A DNA stretch of 64,000 nt, from positions 57,412,001 to 57,476,000 of the forward strand of contig NC_043013.1 in the NCBI RefSeq assembly GCF_006345805.1. The letters are read 5' to 3'. Both the position numbers and the translations under genes were made by a program. The notes beneath the pieces were generated by a model. The model did not search any database. It saw only the letters and a list, made by a program, of their open reading frames with translations, and was not told where the DNA came from. The DNA is from Octopus sinensis (taxonomy: Eukaryota). How positions within the stretch are numbered: position 1 is the first letter of the stretch; each line of letters begins with the position of its first letter. Shown piece by piece: positions 48,970-61,995 of the stretch.

Positions 48970-51900
48970 CAGTAGTTTTATTTTTATTTTTATAGCGTGC
49001 TTTCACTTCACTACCGAGCGCAGCTCTGTGTGCCTTGGGTATGTGCTGTGATTTGTTGTGATGCTCTGATGGTTATTGTATGGAAAGTGTTCTGCGTAGG
49101 ATGTGTGCAGTGCCTAGTAGTGCAATTTTCTGTATGTTATATGTGTTTGTAAGTCCTGGTGTTTTTGTTATGTATTTGTCTGAATATTTTTTTATCATGC
49201 CTAATGCACCTACTATGATAGGAATTGTTTCTGTTTTCAGATTCCACATTCTAGTTACCTCTATTTCCAGGTCTTTGTATTTTGAGAGTTTCTCCATTTC
49301 TTTTAGAGACACGTTGTCATCTGCCGGTACTGATACATCAATTAGAAAGCATTTTTTTCTTCATGGTCTCTGACAACTATATCTGGTCTGTTGGCCTTAA
49401 TTTCTCTATCTGTGTGTATCGGCATATCCCAGAGTATGGTTGCTTTCTCGTTTTCTGTGACCTTTTCTGGTGTGTGCCTATACCATCTTTTTTCTGTTGT
49501 TATTCCATAATGTTGGCATAGCTTCCAATGTATGTAAGTTCCAACTCTGTCATGTCTGTGAATATATTCCTTCTTAGCCAGGACTGGGCAGCTAGAGATA
49601 ATATGATTTATTGTTTCTTGTCCATCTCCACATATTCTGCAGTTACTTGTAATATTTCTTTTCATTACATGTTTTTGGTAATTTCTGGTGGGGAGGCTTT
49701 GGTCTTGTGCTGCAATTAAAAATCCCTCTGTTTCTGCTTTGAGTCCTGAGCTTCTCAACCATTGCTGTGGTTTTTCTTTGTCTATTTCTTTTGCGTTTAG
49801 TTTAGTCCAGTATTTACCATGAAGGGGCTTTTCTTGCCATCGTTTTATCATGGTTCGTTGCTGTTCTATTTTTAGTTTGGATTTCATTTGTTTTATTGCT
49901 TTTGTTGTTTCTTCATCTTCTTCTTCTTCTTCATGTTTATTAGGTGGTATGATTTCTTGTTTGTATTTGTCAGCTTCCTTAAATACTGAGAACAGTTTTT
50001 TGTTTTGCTCGTGTTTTGCCGCTATCTGGATCAGTTTTCCTTCCTTCCGAAGTAGATATTTTTGCAGTCCTATGGTGGTTATTTTATAGTAGTTTTCCAG
50101 CTGTATAAGGCCTCTACCACCTTCTATACGTTGTATATATAGTCTTTCTATGTCAGATTTTGGGTGATGCATCCTAGATCCTGTCATTATTTTTCTTGTT
50201 TTCCTGTCTATTTTGGTCAGTTCATTTCGTGTCCAGTTAAGGATATTGTAGCTGTAACTTATAACTGGGACAGCTAAAGTGTTGATACCTATTATCTTGT
50301 TTTTAGCATTGAGCTCTGTGTTTAGTATTGATCTAACTCGTCTATAATATTCTTTTTTTATTTTCTCTTTCATTTGTGTGTGTGTTGTGTCTTATCTAGT
50401 TCATGGATTCCTAAGTATTTGTAAGTTTGGCTTTGGTCTAATTCTTTTATTTCATTTGCTTCATCTAGTGTGATGTTGTTACTCTTAACTAGTTTTCCTC
50501 TTTTCATGGTTACTTTGGCGCATTTTTCTAATCCAAATTTCATATCTATTTCTTTGGTAAATCCATGAACTGTCTTTAATAGTGTTTCCAGCTGTTTGTC
50601 ATTTGCAGCGTATAGTTTTAGGTCATCCATATATAAAAGGTGGCTGATCGTTTTGCCGTAACATTTATATCCGCATCCAGTTCTATTTAGCATATCAGAT
50701 AGAGGTGACAGTGCTAAGCAGAAAAGGAGTGGAGAGAGCGTATCTCCCTGGAATATTCCTCTTCTAATGGGGATGTCTTTGGTTTTCATGAGTCCCTCTT
50801 TTGTTTGGAGGTGTAGGACTGTTTGCCATTTATTCATAGAGTGCTCTATGAATTTTATGATTGGTGCTACTTTGTTAATGGCTAGTGTTTCGAGGATCCA
50901 TGTGTGGGGGATGCTATCAAACGCCTTTTTGTAGTCAATCCAGGCCATACTGAGGCCTTTCTTCTTTCTGTGGCTGTCTTCAGTTATGGCTTTATTAATC
51001 ATTAGTTGATCTTTACAGCCATATGAGCCTTTGCGGCATCCTTTCTGCTCTTCTGGGAACAGTTTGTTTTCGTCCAGGTGCTTGTTCAGCCTTTGTGATA
51101 TCACTGCAGTAAATGCCTTGAACATAGTAGGGAGGCAGGTTATTGGTCTGTAGTTTTCTGGTTTTTCTGTTTCATTTGATTCGGGAATTAAGATGGTTTT
51201 CCCCTTCGTGAGCCATTCAGGCATTGTCTCTGGCTCTGCTAGTACGTTGTTAAAGTTTTCAGCCAGCTTTTTGTGCATTCCTGTTAGATATTTCAACCAG
51301 AAGTTGGGGATCTTGTCATGCCCAGGTGCCTTCCAGTTGCTTAGTCTTTGCAGTGCCTGGGTGACCTCTTCAGTTGTTATGGGGGTCCAAGTTTGTTCAG
51401 ATGCCGAGTTTGTTATTTTGATACTCCTTTTTTTTGGTGGTTCGTTCGCCGACCATATTTCTCCCCAGAATTCTTCCAATTCTTCTGCCGGTGGTGCTGC
51501 AGTGACTTCTATTTTATTTTTGCCCAGTTCTTGGTAGAACTTTTTGGGGTCGGAGTTGAACTTTTTGTTCTGTTCAAAGAAGCGTTGGCGTTTCTCGTAC
51601 CGGCGGATCCTTTGAGCTTTGGCAAGGATATCTTGCTTCAGCTTTTCTTTTATCTCCGGCAAATCTTTTTCTGTGGTGTTATATTTGCGGAGCATTTTTG
51701 TTCTCTTTTTGTTGCTCAGTAGCGTTGCTTGTTTGCTGATTTCATTAAGAATCGACAGGTCTTTTCTAATTTTTTTTATTTTGTTTTGGATGTTATTTAT
51801 CCACAGGGTTTGTTTGGGTGGTGGTACTCCTGTTCGGGCGGGTTTGGGTGAGTATCCAGCTTCTTTTGTGGCTGCAGTGGCTGCTGCGTATATCAAGTCA

Positions 51901-52477
51901 TTTAGTTCAGTGATATCACTTTTTTTTGTTTCAGTGGCTAGTTCAGTGACGGCTAGTTTATGTTGTTTATAATTGGTGTTGTTATTGCGTTTATTTTTAT
52001 TCTTGGGATGTATGGTCGGTGGTCCATTTTGAGCTCTGTGGTTTTTAGTTCTTTGATTATTTTATTTTTTATATTATCATAATCATTAGGCTCCCCTTCG
52101 TTGTTTACATCGTGTTTGTTGGGAATGTTGCGTTTGTCTTCGTGTTTTACAGTTTCAGTGTTTATATTATTGGGCATTGTTGTGTGGCTTCTATCTACAT
52201 TTTCCTGGTGTATGTTTTCTTTTAGGTGTTCTATTTCTATTTCTGATATTTTTTTTGTGTTGAGAATGTATCTTCGTACGTTAGCTAATTTATTAGGGTT
52301 CATTGCTGTATCCAAGTCTAAATCTCTATTATTTTCCTTCCATATTTTATATGTATGTGTTGTTGTATTTTCATTTTTTGGGTAGAGTACTGCTGTGAAG
52401 TATGCGTGTAAGATAGAAATGTATTCCTCACGTGTCCATTTACGTCTTTTGGGTTTTATTTGCGGGACATGAGGTAC
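48970..52477 (-). mobile_element. Near-complete R4/Dong-clade non-LTR retrotransposon (RT + CCHC + RLE endonuclease) in (TAA)n
   Basis: Single-ORF architecture with a C-terminal restriction-like endonuclease; (TAA)n at both ends; ~100-bp 3' UTR. Confidence 0.93.
49073..52477 (-). pseudogene. Dong/R4 polyprotein (~1130 aa if three frameshifts are repaired)
   Basis: N-terminal RRKWTREEY (Myb-like); RT motifs KAPGHD, NYRPITCL, WIDYKKAFDSIPH, GIFQGDTLSPLLF, LLYMDDLKLY, FGLEKC, YKYLG; CRICGDGQETINHIISSC zinc knuckle; RHD; RPDIVV..LID..EKLSKYKDL nuclease. Segments are ORFs 51953..52315, 50370..51896, 49342..50373 and 49073..49312. Confidence 0.92.
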
Positions 52478-52508
<31 letters not shown>

Positions 52509-52524
52509 TATTATTATTATTATT

Positions 52525-53424
52525 CTATGTTTGACTTTTGCTTTACATTTGTACAAGTTGGCTCCAAGTCTCACCCAGAGACCTCAAGAGACAACAGGTT
52601 GGAAGTTCATGTTGTTGTTATGCCTAGTGTGCCATATATTTGGTTTTGTATTTAGTGTTGTACTAGTGAAAGTCTAAAAAACCATACAAAAATTATGTTT
52701 GTTTTAAAACTTGAGATTACATAAGAAAGTATTTTGCCTAGGATATGAGCAGTTCCCATGAGCACTATCTTTTGAATTTCTGCCATTTTTGGGTTTCCTG
52801 GTATCTGAGTTAGGTAGCAATCAGCCCCTTTCGCTATCATTCCCAGGGCACCTATGACAACAAGTATTGTTTTAGTCTTCAGGTTCCACATTTTGCTGAT
52901 TTCTATTTCAAGATCTTTATATTTGCTCAGTTTTTGGTAGGTCTTGACAGATACGTTTATATCGATTGGGACAGTCATATCAATGAGGAGGCATGTTCTT
53001 TGTTTGAAGTCTTTCAATATGATGTCTGGCCTATTTGCATCTATCTTCCTGTCAGTTTGAATGGTGAAGTTCCAGAGGAGTGAGATGTGGTCATTTTCAA
53101 GCACTGGGGGTGGTTTGTGTTCCCACCAGTTTTTTTCATGGGGCAAATCCAGATTTTTGCAGATTACCCAGTGAATATATTGTGCAGCTCTATCGTGCCT
53201 GTTGAGATACTCTGTAGGCGCTAGAAGACTGCATTTGGAGACAACATGATCAATGGTTTCATTTTGTTGTTGACATACACGACATGTTGTGCTACTGCCG
53301 TTCTTTAATATGTTGGCCTGGTAGTTCCATGTTGGTAGGCATTGATCTTGAGCTGCTATGATAAACCCTTCTGTTTCAGATTTTAAGCCAGAGGCCATTA
53401 GCCATTACTGGGTCAGGGCTTTGT
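52525..53424 (-). mobile_element. 5'-truncated R4/Dong-clade copy (CCHC + RLE), a second subfamily
   Basis: ORF 52652..53398: ETEGFIIAAQDQ, CRVCQQQNETIDHVVSKC, RHD, NRPDII, KLSKYKDLEIE, MGTAHIL; 3' end abuts (TAA)n at 52478-52524. Confidence 0.92.
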
Positions 53425-53429
53425 CTTCT

Positions 53430-53469
<40 letters not shown>

Positions 53470-53488
53470 ATTGTTATTATTGTTATTA

Positions 53489-53530
<42 letters not shown>

Positions 53531-56310
53531 GACAATACAAAGACTGCGATGTGATTCTAATAAACAATTTATTGGTTGAACGATATTTCGACGGCTTGTC
53601 TGTCTCTTTGTCGAGTTCAGAATGAAAAGTGATAGATATAAATTCAAAATTTCACCGAGAGCTATCGGCTTTCCCACGTTGATGCACTTTTCTCGTTTAC
53701 AAAGAGTAAAAGGTAGAAGAAGGAAAAAAGAGAAAAAAGAAAAAGAAGAAGGAGAAAAGAAGTATATCTAATCAAACAGTTTTGTGTAAATGTGATGAAA
53801 TTCTGTCATTTTATTTATCCCTTCATGGCGTAATTTTAATAAATCACAAACTTATATCTCCTCATGAATATTGAGTACCGAAAGTTTAGCAGATTCAGAA
53901 TATTTTCTGAGAATACGCACTTTTAATTATTTTTCAAAATTGCAGCCGTTTGAAGCAAAATGTTCAGCAAGTTCTATCGAACTACTGTTATTGTGGCTGA
54001 CGTCACATCTACGCCCATTGAATCTTTTGGTTAATTGTTCCGTTGCACAACCTACATAAATCAAGTTGTGTTTGGTGCATTCTACTGCCTACACCAAATG
54101 GCTTTCTTCCGTGAAAATGATAATATTTCTGTTATGATTCCTGATGGGATTCATTTGACTCATCAGGGTTTACCTCTCTTGGATTTTTCAAGGTGCAGAA
54201 ACTGCCATGTTAGCTTTCTTGGAGTCTGTAGTAGAGGTTCAATGTTTTATTATAGCTTCATTCCGTCTAAGGGCTACAATAGACAGCTGAGAAAATATTT
54301 GAAACTAGAATAATCTTCCGCTACATACGGGTAACGTTCATGTAACACTTTTGAAATGCCAGCGAGATTTCGGTGCCACTTTATCCCTAAAGGAATTCTG
54401 TCACAAGTACTTTGTTTGCTAAAATTATACGTGCACGTTTAACTTTCCTTGCTAATCTTAGCCAAGTCTTTTGCAATTTCCTTTAATTGTGATTCACTGT
54501 AAATGCGTTTGACATAATGATGTATAAAAGCATTTGCATGTTTCCTGTAAACCCCTATGTCAGTACAAAATTGTTTATCCTCAAAAATTGGGGGTTTCTG
54601 ATTTGACCGAATTATATGATGTGGATGATTGGAGCAGCGGTGGAGGTTAATGTGAGATGACATGGGCTTGCAAAATAACTGTCACTATTCTGCCTCCAGA
54701 AAACTTAACTTTGTGTCAAAACTTCAATGCTAGTTGTTGAAAAACTAGACGTAAATTTTACGTTGGACTTAAAACGTTTTTAGCATAACAGTCACAGAAA
54801 TGCAAGAAGTCAATAAACTATCCTGTGATTCTTCCCAGGCAAAAAAGATATCATCAATGAACCGTAAACCGTAGTATTGGTTTATGACCATGTAGGGATT
54901 TGAATGTCTTCCGTGACTGTGTCTCAAATTTCATTATGAAGACATTAGCGAAATTAACTGCCATGTGGGTACCCATGGCACAACCCCTCGTCTAGTGGTA
55001 AAATTTTTGTCGAAACTTCATTGTGTTAGTTTCTAACACAAATCTCAATAGCCTACAGACAAAATTAGATGGAGTACTTTTGATTGACCGTTTTCCGAAA
55101 ACATTCATCCATTCTCTTAGCTCTTTATCGTGGTTAATATTGGAATATAAGGAAGAAATATCCACGGTTACCAAAAAACAGTTTTCGACATGGCTTCGAG
55201 GTTTAAAAAAAGTTGTTGATTTTAGACACAAAGTCAAAAGTATCCCAAATATCGGAACTTGATCTTTTTGCGACAGGGAATAGAAAGCCATGCAGCCACT
55301 CCGAAGGTTTGGCTGTACAACCATCATATCAGCTGCAAATTGGGCGCATTGGAGGAAATCTTTTGAAATTTTTGTGCATTTTGGAGAGACCATATATTGG
55401 TTGAACGATATTTCGACAACTTACCTTTCAAAATGAAAAGTGATACATAGAAGTTCAAATTAAAAATTTGAACGGGGACACCCAGCGTTCCCACGTTGAT
55501 AGAATAACATCATCGTCTTCAATTTTCAAGTTTACAACTAGATGTATATAGAAGGAAGGAGAGGTAGGCCTAAGAACTGGTGGCGGAGATCAACACAAAA
55601 GGAACTAATGAAAGGGGGACATTCATGGCAGAGTATAAGTACAGAAGCCAAAAATTATGCGACATGGAATTCAACTATAAGTGGCCAATACTCCGCGTTG
55701 GAGGGTTAAAGGCATAAAGAAGAATTTCTTCTTTTTGACCATAAAATCCTGGATTCAACCTTATTAATGATATTGTTTTCCTCCATTTCCGGAATTAATT
55801 TGCCAAGTTCTTCTTTTTATTGGAGTCTGGATCGACAGGTAATTCTTCATGTGAAGTTTCGTCACTTAAAACTCTTCACAAGCAGTAATATACTCACTTT
55901 TGCCCATAATTACATAAATGCATAATCCTCCGATATTTTAATAACAATCGCATCATTATTAGCTAGACGACGGAGTGTCGTAATGCTGGGAGTTTGTGAC
56001 GTTATTCCAGGACTTCTTGCCAATTGTTTTAAAACTTACCTTAATACCTGTCTGACAAGATTTTCCTTTTATTTTATTTTCTTGTTTTTCTCTTTTTTCT
56101 TTTTTTCTCTTTTTCCAATTGTAAACTTGAAAATTGAATACAATGATGTCATTCTATCAACGTGGGAACGCTGGGTGTCCCCGTTCAAATTTGCAATTTG
56201 AATTTCTATGTATCACTTTTCCTTTTGAACATAACAAAGACAGGCAAGCTGTCGAAATAGCGTTCAACTAATAAAACATCTATTGCAGTCACATCGCGCT
56301 CTTCGTATTC
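53531..56310 (-). mobile_element. Penelope-like element (RT + GIY-YIG), decayed and rearranged, with three terminal-repeat copies
   Basis: Minus-strand motifs IYGLSKMHK..PPMRPI, FLVTVDISSLYSNINH, GCAMGTHMAVNFANVF, RFIDDIFFAW, NHPHHI, and GIY-YIG-like VECTKHNLIYVGCATEQLTKRFNG; repeats at ~53535-53685 (-), 55395-55540 (-) and 56118-56310 (+). Confidence 0.88.
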
Positions 56311-56351
56311 TCTATTTACCTTTGTGAGGAGTTACGTCAATCCTTTAAAAA

Positions 56352-56394
<43 letters not shown>

Positions 56395-56784
56395 GTTATC
56401 ATTGCCATCATCATCATCACTATCATCATGCGGAATTAATAATAATGAAACAAAGATTTCCTATTTCACAGTATTTCCGAGACAATTAATCTTAATGAAG
56501 ACAATTTCTGTTTAATTAACTCATTTGAATTATTTAAGAAGTAACTTGTCAGCAATAAATTCAATTATTCTATAACGAAGTCCATCTTGGAGACATATCC
56601 TTATTGAAAGACAGAACCAGAATGCAGGGAATAACCAGGTGATCTGGGCTGTTTAGTTTAGCAGCAGCGCTTTCATCAATCATTTCTATGGAGGGTCAAT
56701 ACTGAGATATATATATTTTCTTGTTTTGGTTGTTACATAGAATTTGAAGTCAATCCCAACAACACACACAAGGAAGGGCATTAT

Positions 56785-56792
56785 GAAAACGA

Positions 56793-56874
<82 letters not shown>

Positions 56875-56877
56875 CAC

Positions 56878-56910
<33 letters not shown>
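56785..56910. repeat. (CA)n microsatellite
   Basis: Read directly. Confidence 0.95.
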
Positions 56911-56912
<2 letters not shown>

Positions 56913-58309
56913 CCTCAAACACATATGCAGACGTGCAAAAAACAATTAAATTTTAAAATTTGGCAATATTTCAGCATTCTCAACCTTTAATAATTAATCT
57001 AAAGGAGTTCTCTCAATGAATGCGTAAAAAGAAAATAAAAAATGACGGCTTTTGTACCATATTCTGCTTGCGTGTATAACCGAAAGTTGTCACGCGAAAC
57101 GTATGTTCCTTAGAATACGCTGTCTGTTGATTGCAATTAACAAAATTTTGTTAAAGACTGAATGCCATGGGTTAGTAAGTTGAGTACACCACCACACCGT
57201 AATAAATATTTGACTAAGTATTGAGTACTTGGAACTTTTTCTTTATCACATGTAGCTTACTACATGTGCATATATACCCATATATATATATTTCCCTTTA
57301 GATTTTCTTTCGATCTCTCCGTTTTACTTTCTCTTTCACTTCTGTCTGTCTTTATCTGCTTCTCTTTGTTTACCTATGTGTCTGTCTCTCTCCCCCCTCT
57401 CTCTCTTTCGCTCTCAGTAACGATTACGTTTGGACAGGACTCGTGGAGTACTCCACACATGAGCCCTTTCTTTAGAAATGGACCAAGGTTCGGTGAAGCT
57501 CAATTGCTTTTCATAGATAAACCTGTTACGGTATAGAAACTGTCCAATAACTTACTATTAGGGGTGTACAGCATAGAATGAAATAAAGAGCCACAAAGAC
57601 GTATCTATTCATATAATACCTAAACAAAAGATGTATACAATGCATTCATGACTTAACATATACACACGACAATAGACAATATACGTTACACAACAAAAAA
57701 AAACAAACAAAATAGATACATCCATCTCTATTTAAAGATATCTTGCATGGCTCACATCTTTCATCAATTCTCTATCACACAATACACACACATACAGACA
57801 CAAACGTTATCACACACTGTTATAGATTCACAAGACATACATACACAACTTACAACTAATGGTCATACTCCGCCCACACACATGCGTGTACGAAAACAAA
57901 TATATTTCTTGTTTCATAAACAAACTCCTATTTACAGAATTCGAAGCGTATCGATGTACGATTCCTGATGATTTTTAGGGAATTTTAAGAAAGAAGTTTG
58001 CTACAACGATAAAATACAGAAACTATTATTTCCGTTTGTCATTTACTATTATTAGTTGGAGCTAAACTGACACTAAAACTTGTCATAGAATATTCTTTCT
58101 TGAACATTGTTGCTTCTGTTAAATCTTCAGTTACAGATCTGAACGTATAGTAAGTTTCAATTAAAATTATCAAGATTTGAACACTTGGTTTATTGATTTC
58201 TGTTGCAATAATGAGACTTTAGTATTAGAATTATGTTAGAATTGCTGGTTGTGCAGTAACTAAAAGTCAACATCAAAACGAAAGTAAATATTGGGTTCAG
58301 TGAAGGTAA

Positions 58310-58517
58310 AAATTGGGTTCTATGACCTGCAATTTTGGGAAGTGGGGATAAGTCGATTACATCGCTCCTTGTACTCAAATAGTACCTGTTTTATCTACCA
58401 TAGGAGATGAAAGGCAAAGTTGATCTCGACGGAATTTGAACTTATAACGTAAAGATGGACGAAATCCCACTAAGCATTTTGTCCGTTGTCCTGGCGATTC
58501 TGGTTGCTCACCGCCTT
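58310..58517 (-). mobile_element. Decayed tRNA-derived SINE (tail type B)
   Basis: AAGTCGATTACATCG core, GGAATTTGAAC, ends CACCGCC (reverse of the GGCGG head). Confidence 0.8.
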
Positions 58518-60904
58518 CCCATGAAGGGAAAATATTGCAGGTTGTCTCTCTCTAAACAATAACTCACGTACTTATGTGTGTGTGTGTGCGTGCGCGCGCT
58601 TGTGTGTGTGTGTGTATGCTGTACAGAATTCTCTATTTCTGCAAGTTAAAGAAATTATTAAATTATTAAGCACGTCATTTTTTTGTAATTTCAAATTTTA
58701 AACTTCGGTTTTGTTGTCCGTTTTATATAACTACTGATGATCTCTTCAAAGTTTTTAACTGTGCGAAGTTGATTTTTTTGTTTAGTAATGTTTTTATTAC
58801 TAGATTTCAGGTCAAAAGTTGAGTGAGCACTGTAGAGAACCATCTGCTCATTAATGGAAAAGTACGGTGGGACAGAAGGGTAATGAAGATGCAGCATGAA
58901 CATTTATTGCAGAAGAAATTGTGACAATCCACTGGAAAAGGATATCAGCAATGGACATGATAAGAGCGAGGAACATAATTTTCATTGTTGTATATATATA
59001 GAGAGAGAAAACACGGACGGATATTTTCCAGTGACGCTGGCGAGATATTACCGAGTTCCAAATGCAATAATCATTAAATTTCTTACGGAAAGACAATTAA
59101 TTTCGAAAAAGGCCAAAAAAAGTTGGCAATTGCATACTGTGTATAGATATGTGCGTGGCGGGGATAGAAGTAACAGAAACTGAAAATATTAATTGAAAAT
59201 TAAGAATGCTGGAGATTTAATATGACCTGAGGAATAAACATTTGAAGGGAACAGTCTACAGTGCACACTGTACAGTAGTATGATAAAACACGGAAATAAG
59301 TAGGAGTTTGTCAAAGTAGATATCTGAAAATATGCAAAATTTCTCAAGAACCAGATACTATTGGCGCAGTATGAGAAGAAGAAATATTCAAAAGTCTAAT
59401 TCCTTAAAAACACGAACATAGAGAGGAGAGAAAGAGTAAATCAGATAAATGGGGGAAGGTTTACTTACATATGCTTCCATCGTGTCTTAAATAGTGAATG
59501 TGAGGGTGATAGTTTCGTAGCAGACGGACTGATACAGTTTAGTTTGATTTACCGATAGGAGTACTAAAACTTTTGGTTGAAGAAATAAACCTAGGAAGAA
59601 ATTTTGAGTTAAATATAGGAGATTTTGGCAAAAAACATGAAGGTGGCTGTATTTTATGAGGTGCGAGAACGTGAAAAACTATCTATGCTCAGAAATATCA
59701 TTGACAGTTGTTTCCCATTCACCGTTGTGGTGGATCGAATCATTGAAATGTCAGAGAAAATGCAAAAGAACACTTACTCCTTTTTTTTTATTTTCTTAGA
59801 TAAACTTAATCCCTATGCACTTGTTGAGATCCTAAAGAAGAACTCAAGTCCCTATTCATCTGCTTTTAAACGACAAGTGAAGTGATGTTCTGGCTGGAGT
59901 ATACAGACGTTGTTTCAATGTAATGTATTCGTAACACTCTACACTACAGCCAATGCAGACATGCACACACGCATATATATATATATACATGCAGACACAG
60001 TTTATAAATTGTATACACTCATTCTCTTTCTGTCTCCCTTTGTCTCTGTCTTTCTTTCTTTCTGTCTCTATGGTGAACCCCATTTAAAAATAATGCTACA
60101 AGAGAAAGATTTGAAGGATTAATTTTGATGGTGTTCGGAAATAGGCTTTGGGCATTGTGGGTAGGAGTTTTGTTGTTGTGAGGGATGTAGGTAGGATGTT
60201 ATCGGTCCACGAGATGGAGCTGACCGAAATCAGATTGTCTGTAAAATGTAACAAAACAAATAAGTTAAATAAAACTATTTGGTGGCCTCCTGACATTATT
60301 ACACATTAGCAACATGTGAACTGTGTTCTACTCACTAAGCAATGGTCGGACAAAAACGTTAAATCGACAGGAATCTCTGAGTAGAACTTGTGGTTTTTGG
60401 TGGTGGAATACAAGTCAAGAGTATAGGAGAAGTCAATATGCTTACAGGGGAAACAAGATTATAAACACGGTGACTGGTAATTGGATGAGGATGGTCCTGT
60501 GCTTAGGTTTCTTTGTAAACGTGGGAGACGTGCACGTCTCCAGGTGTTTTAATAATGTAAACGAGGTTGGTGTCTTTGGAGATAGGTGTGAAGTGAGATT
60601 GATGCAAGAAAAAGAAGAGGGATAGAGAGAAAGAAAGAGAGAAGAGGAGATGGAGAGAGAAAGAAAGGGAAACAGAAAACGAAAATATATAAACAAAATT
60701 CTAGAAGCTCCTCTTAATATTTTCTACTTCTCAGGGGTGTCTGTTTGAGCTGATTGGGTTTGAGGTTAAAGTCGCTTCTCTTCGTACAATTTCTGCCCGT
60801 AATACCAAGAAGTGTACAACTGAATGTCAAGTTGCCTGTTGGCACCGAATGGGAAGTTGTATTGTTGAGTGCATTAACAATGGTAGCTAAAGCTACGGGT
60901 TTCA

Positions 60905-61105
60905 TAATACTGGTTTCAAATTTTGGCAGAAGATCAGTAATTTCAGGAAGGGGTTAAGTCGATTCCATGGACTCAGATGCTCAACTAATATTTATTTTAT
61001 CGATCCCGGAGGATGAAAAGCAAAATGGACCTAGGCGGAATTTGAACTCAGAACGTAAAGGCGGACGTAATGCCGCTAAACATTTTGCCTCGCGATTCAG
61101 CTTAC
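60905..61105 (-). mobile_element. Decayed tRNA-derived SINE (tail type B)
   Basis: GGTTTCAAATTTTGGC tail, TTATCGATCCC, GGCGGAATTTGAACTCAGAACGTAAAG. Confidence 0.8.
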
Positions 61106-61864
61106 TCGTTGCAAGATTGAATGATTTATAAAACTTAATTTTAAAAATCGAAGGCCAAGCCTTAAGCAACACACACTCCCCCGTACACAAACACGCTCCA
61201 CCACCGCAGACACACTCCACACACGCCTCTCACACACATGCCACCACCTCAAGATAAATATAGCCTGAGGCTGGGATACTAATAACTTGTTTTCGTTTGT
61301 ATTTTTTAGCCCCTGGTTAGTCCCGATTGATTGGAACCGGGCCTGAAAACATTCAGAATTAGTAAATGGGAATAACGTGAAAGAGGCTCGCTTATTGATT
61401 CGCTAGGTTCCAGTTGGTTGACTGCGCTGGTTTTCAGATAGGCAATGTTCATAACTGCGGAAATAAAATATATTGATAAAAGATAGAAAATTAGGACAAT
61501 AAGCGTCATTGTAGAATGAGAGCATCAGAGAAAGGATAAAAGAATTCGATTTGTTATCGAGAGGTTTGTTATGGAGCAGCTCTTTTGTTTCCACCTGGTA
61601 TTGATCAAATAATGAGCAGTGATTGAAGAATCAAAGTGACTTGGGATTTCAGTGTCTGTTTAGAAAAGACTGGGTCAAAACTTTTATGACAGCCAGCTAG
61701 TTTACTCTTCACACCATATTAATTTCGCACTTTCTCCATGGAACTATTTATATGTCTGTCTGTCAGTCTATATCTGTGTACACACATACACACAGAAAAC
61801 AGACACACAAAATCAAATATAAATATAGGTACAGAGATATATACATTTATGTCTATGTATTCAT

Positions 61865-61918
61865 ATATATATATGTGTGTGTGTATGTATACATCTGTGT
61901 ATAAATGTTATATATATA

Positions 61919-61995
<77 letters not shown>

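Noticed and set aside
49080-52385. Plus-strand ORFs overlapping the Dong element (e.g. 51193..51537, 51348..51722, 51619..51972)
   Set aside because: They are antisense shadows of an A-rich coding strand, with no motifs.
58851-59183. ORFs with faint resemblance to pogo/Tigger (TFIAEE) or an exon
   Set aside because: The similarity is too short, the relevant frame has stops, and no DDE motif was found.
60524-60541. 18-bp perfect palindrome GGAGACGTGCACGTCTCC
   Set aside because: Nine-bp arms have an expectation of roughly 0.2-0.3 in 64 kb under a uniform model, and there is no supporting context.
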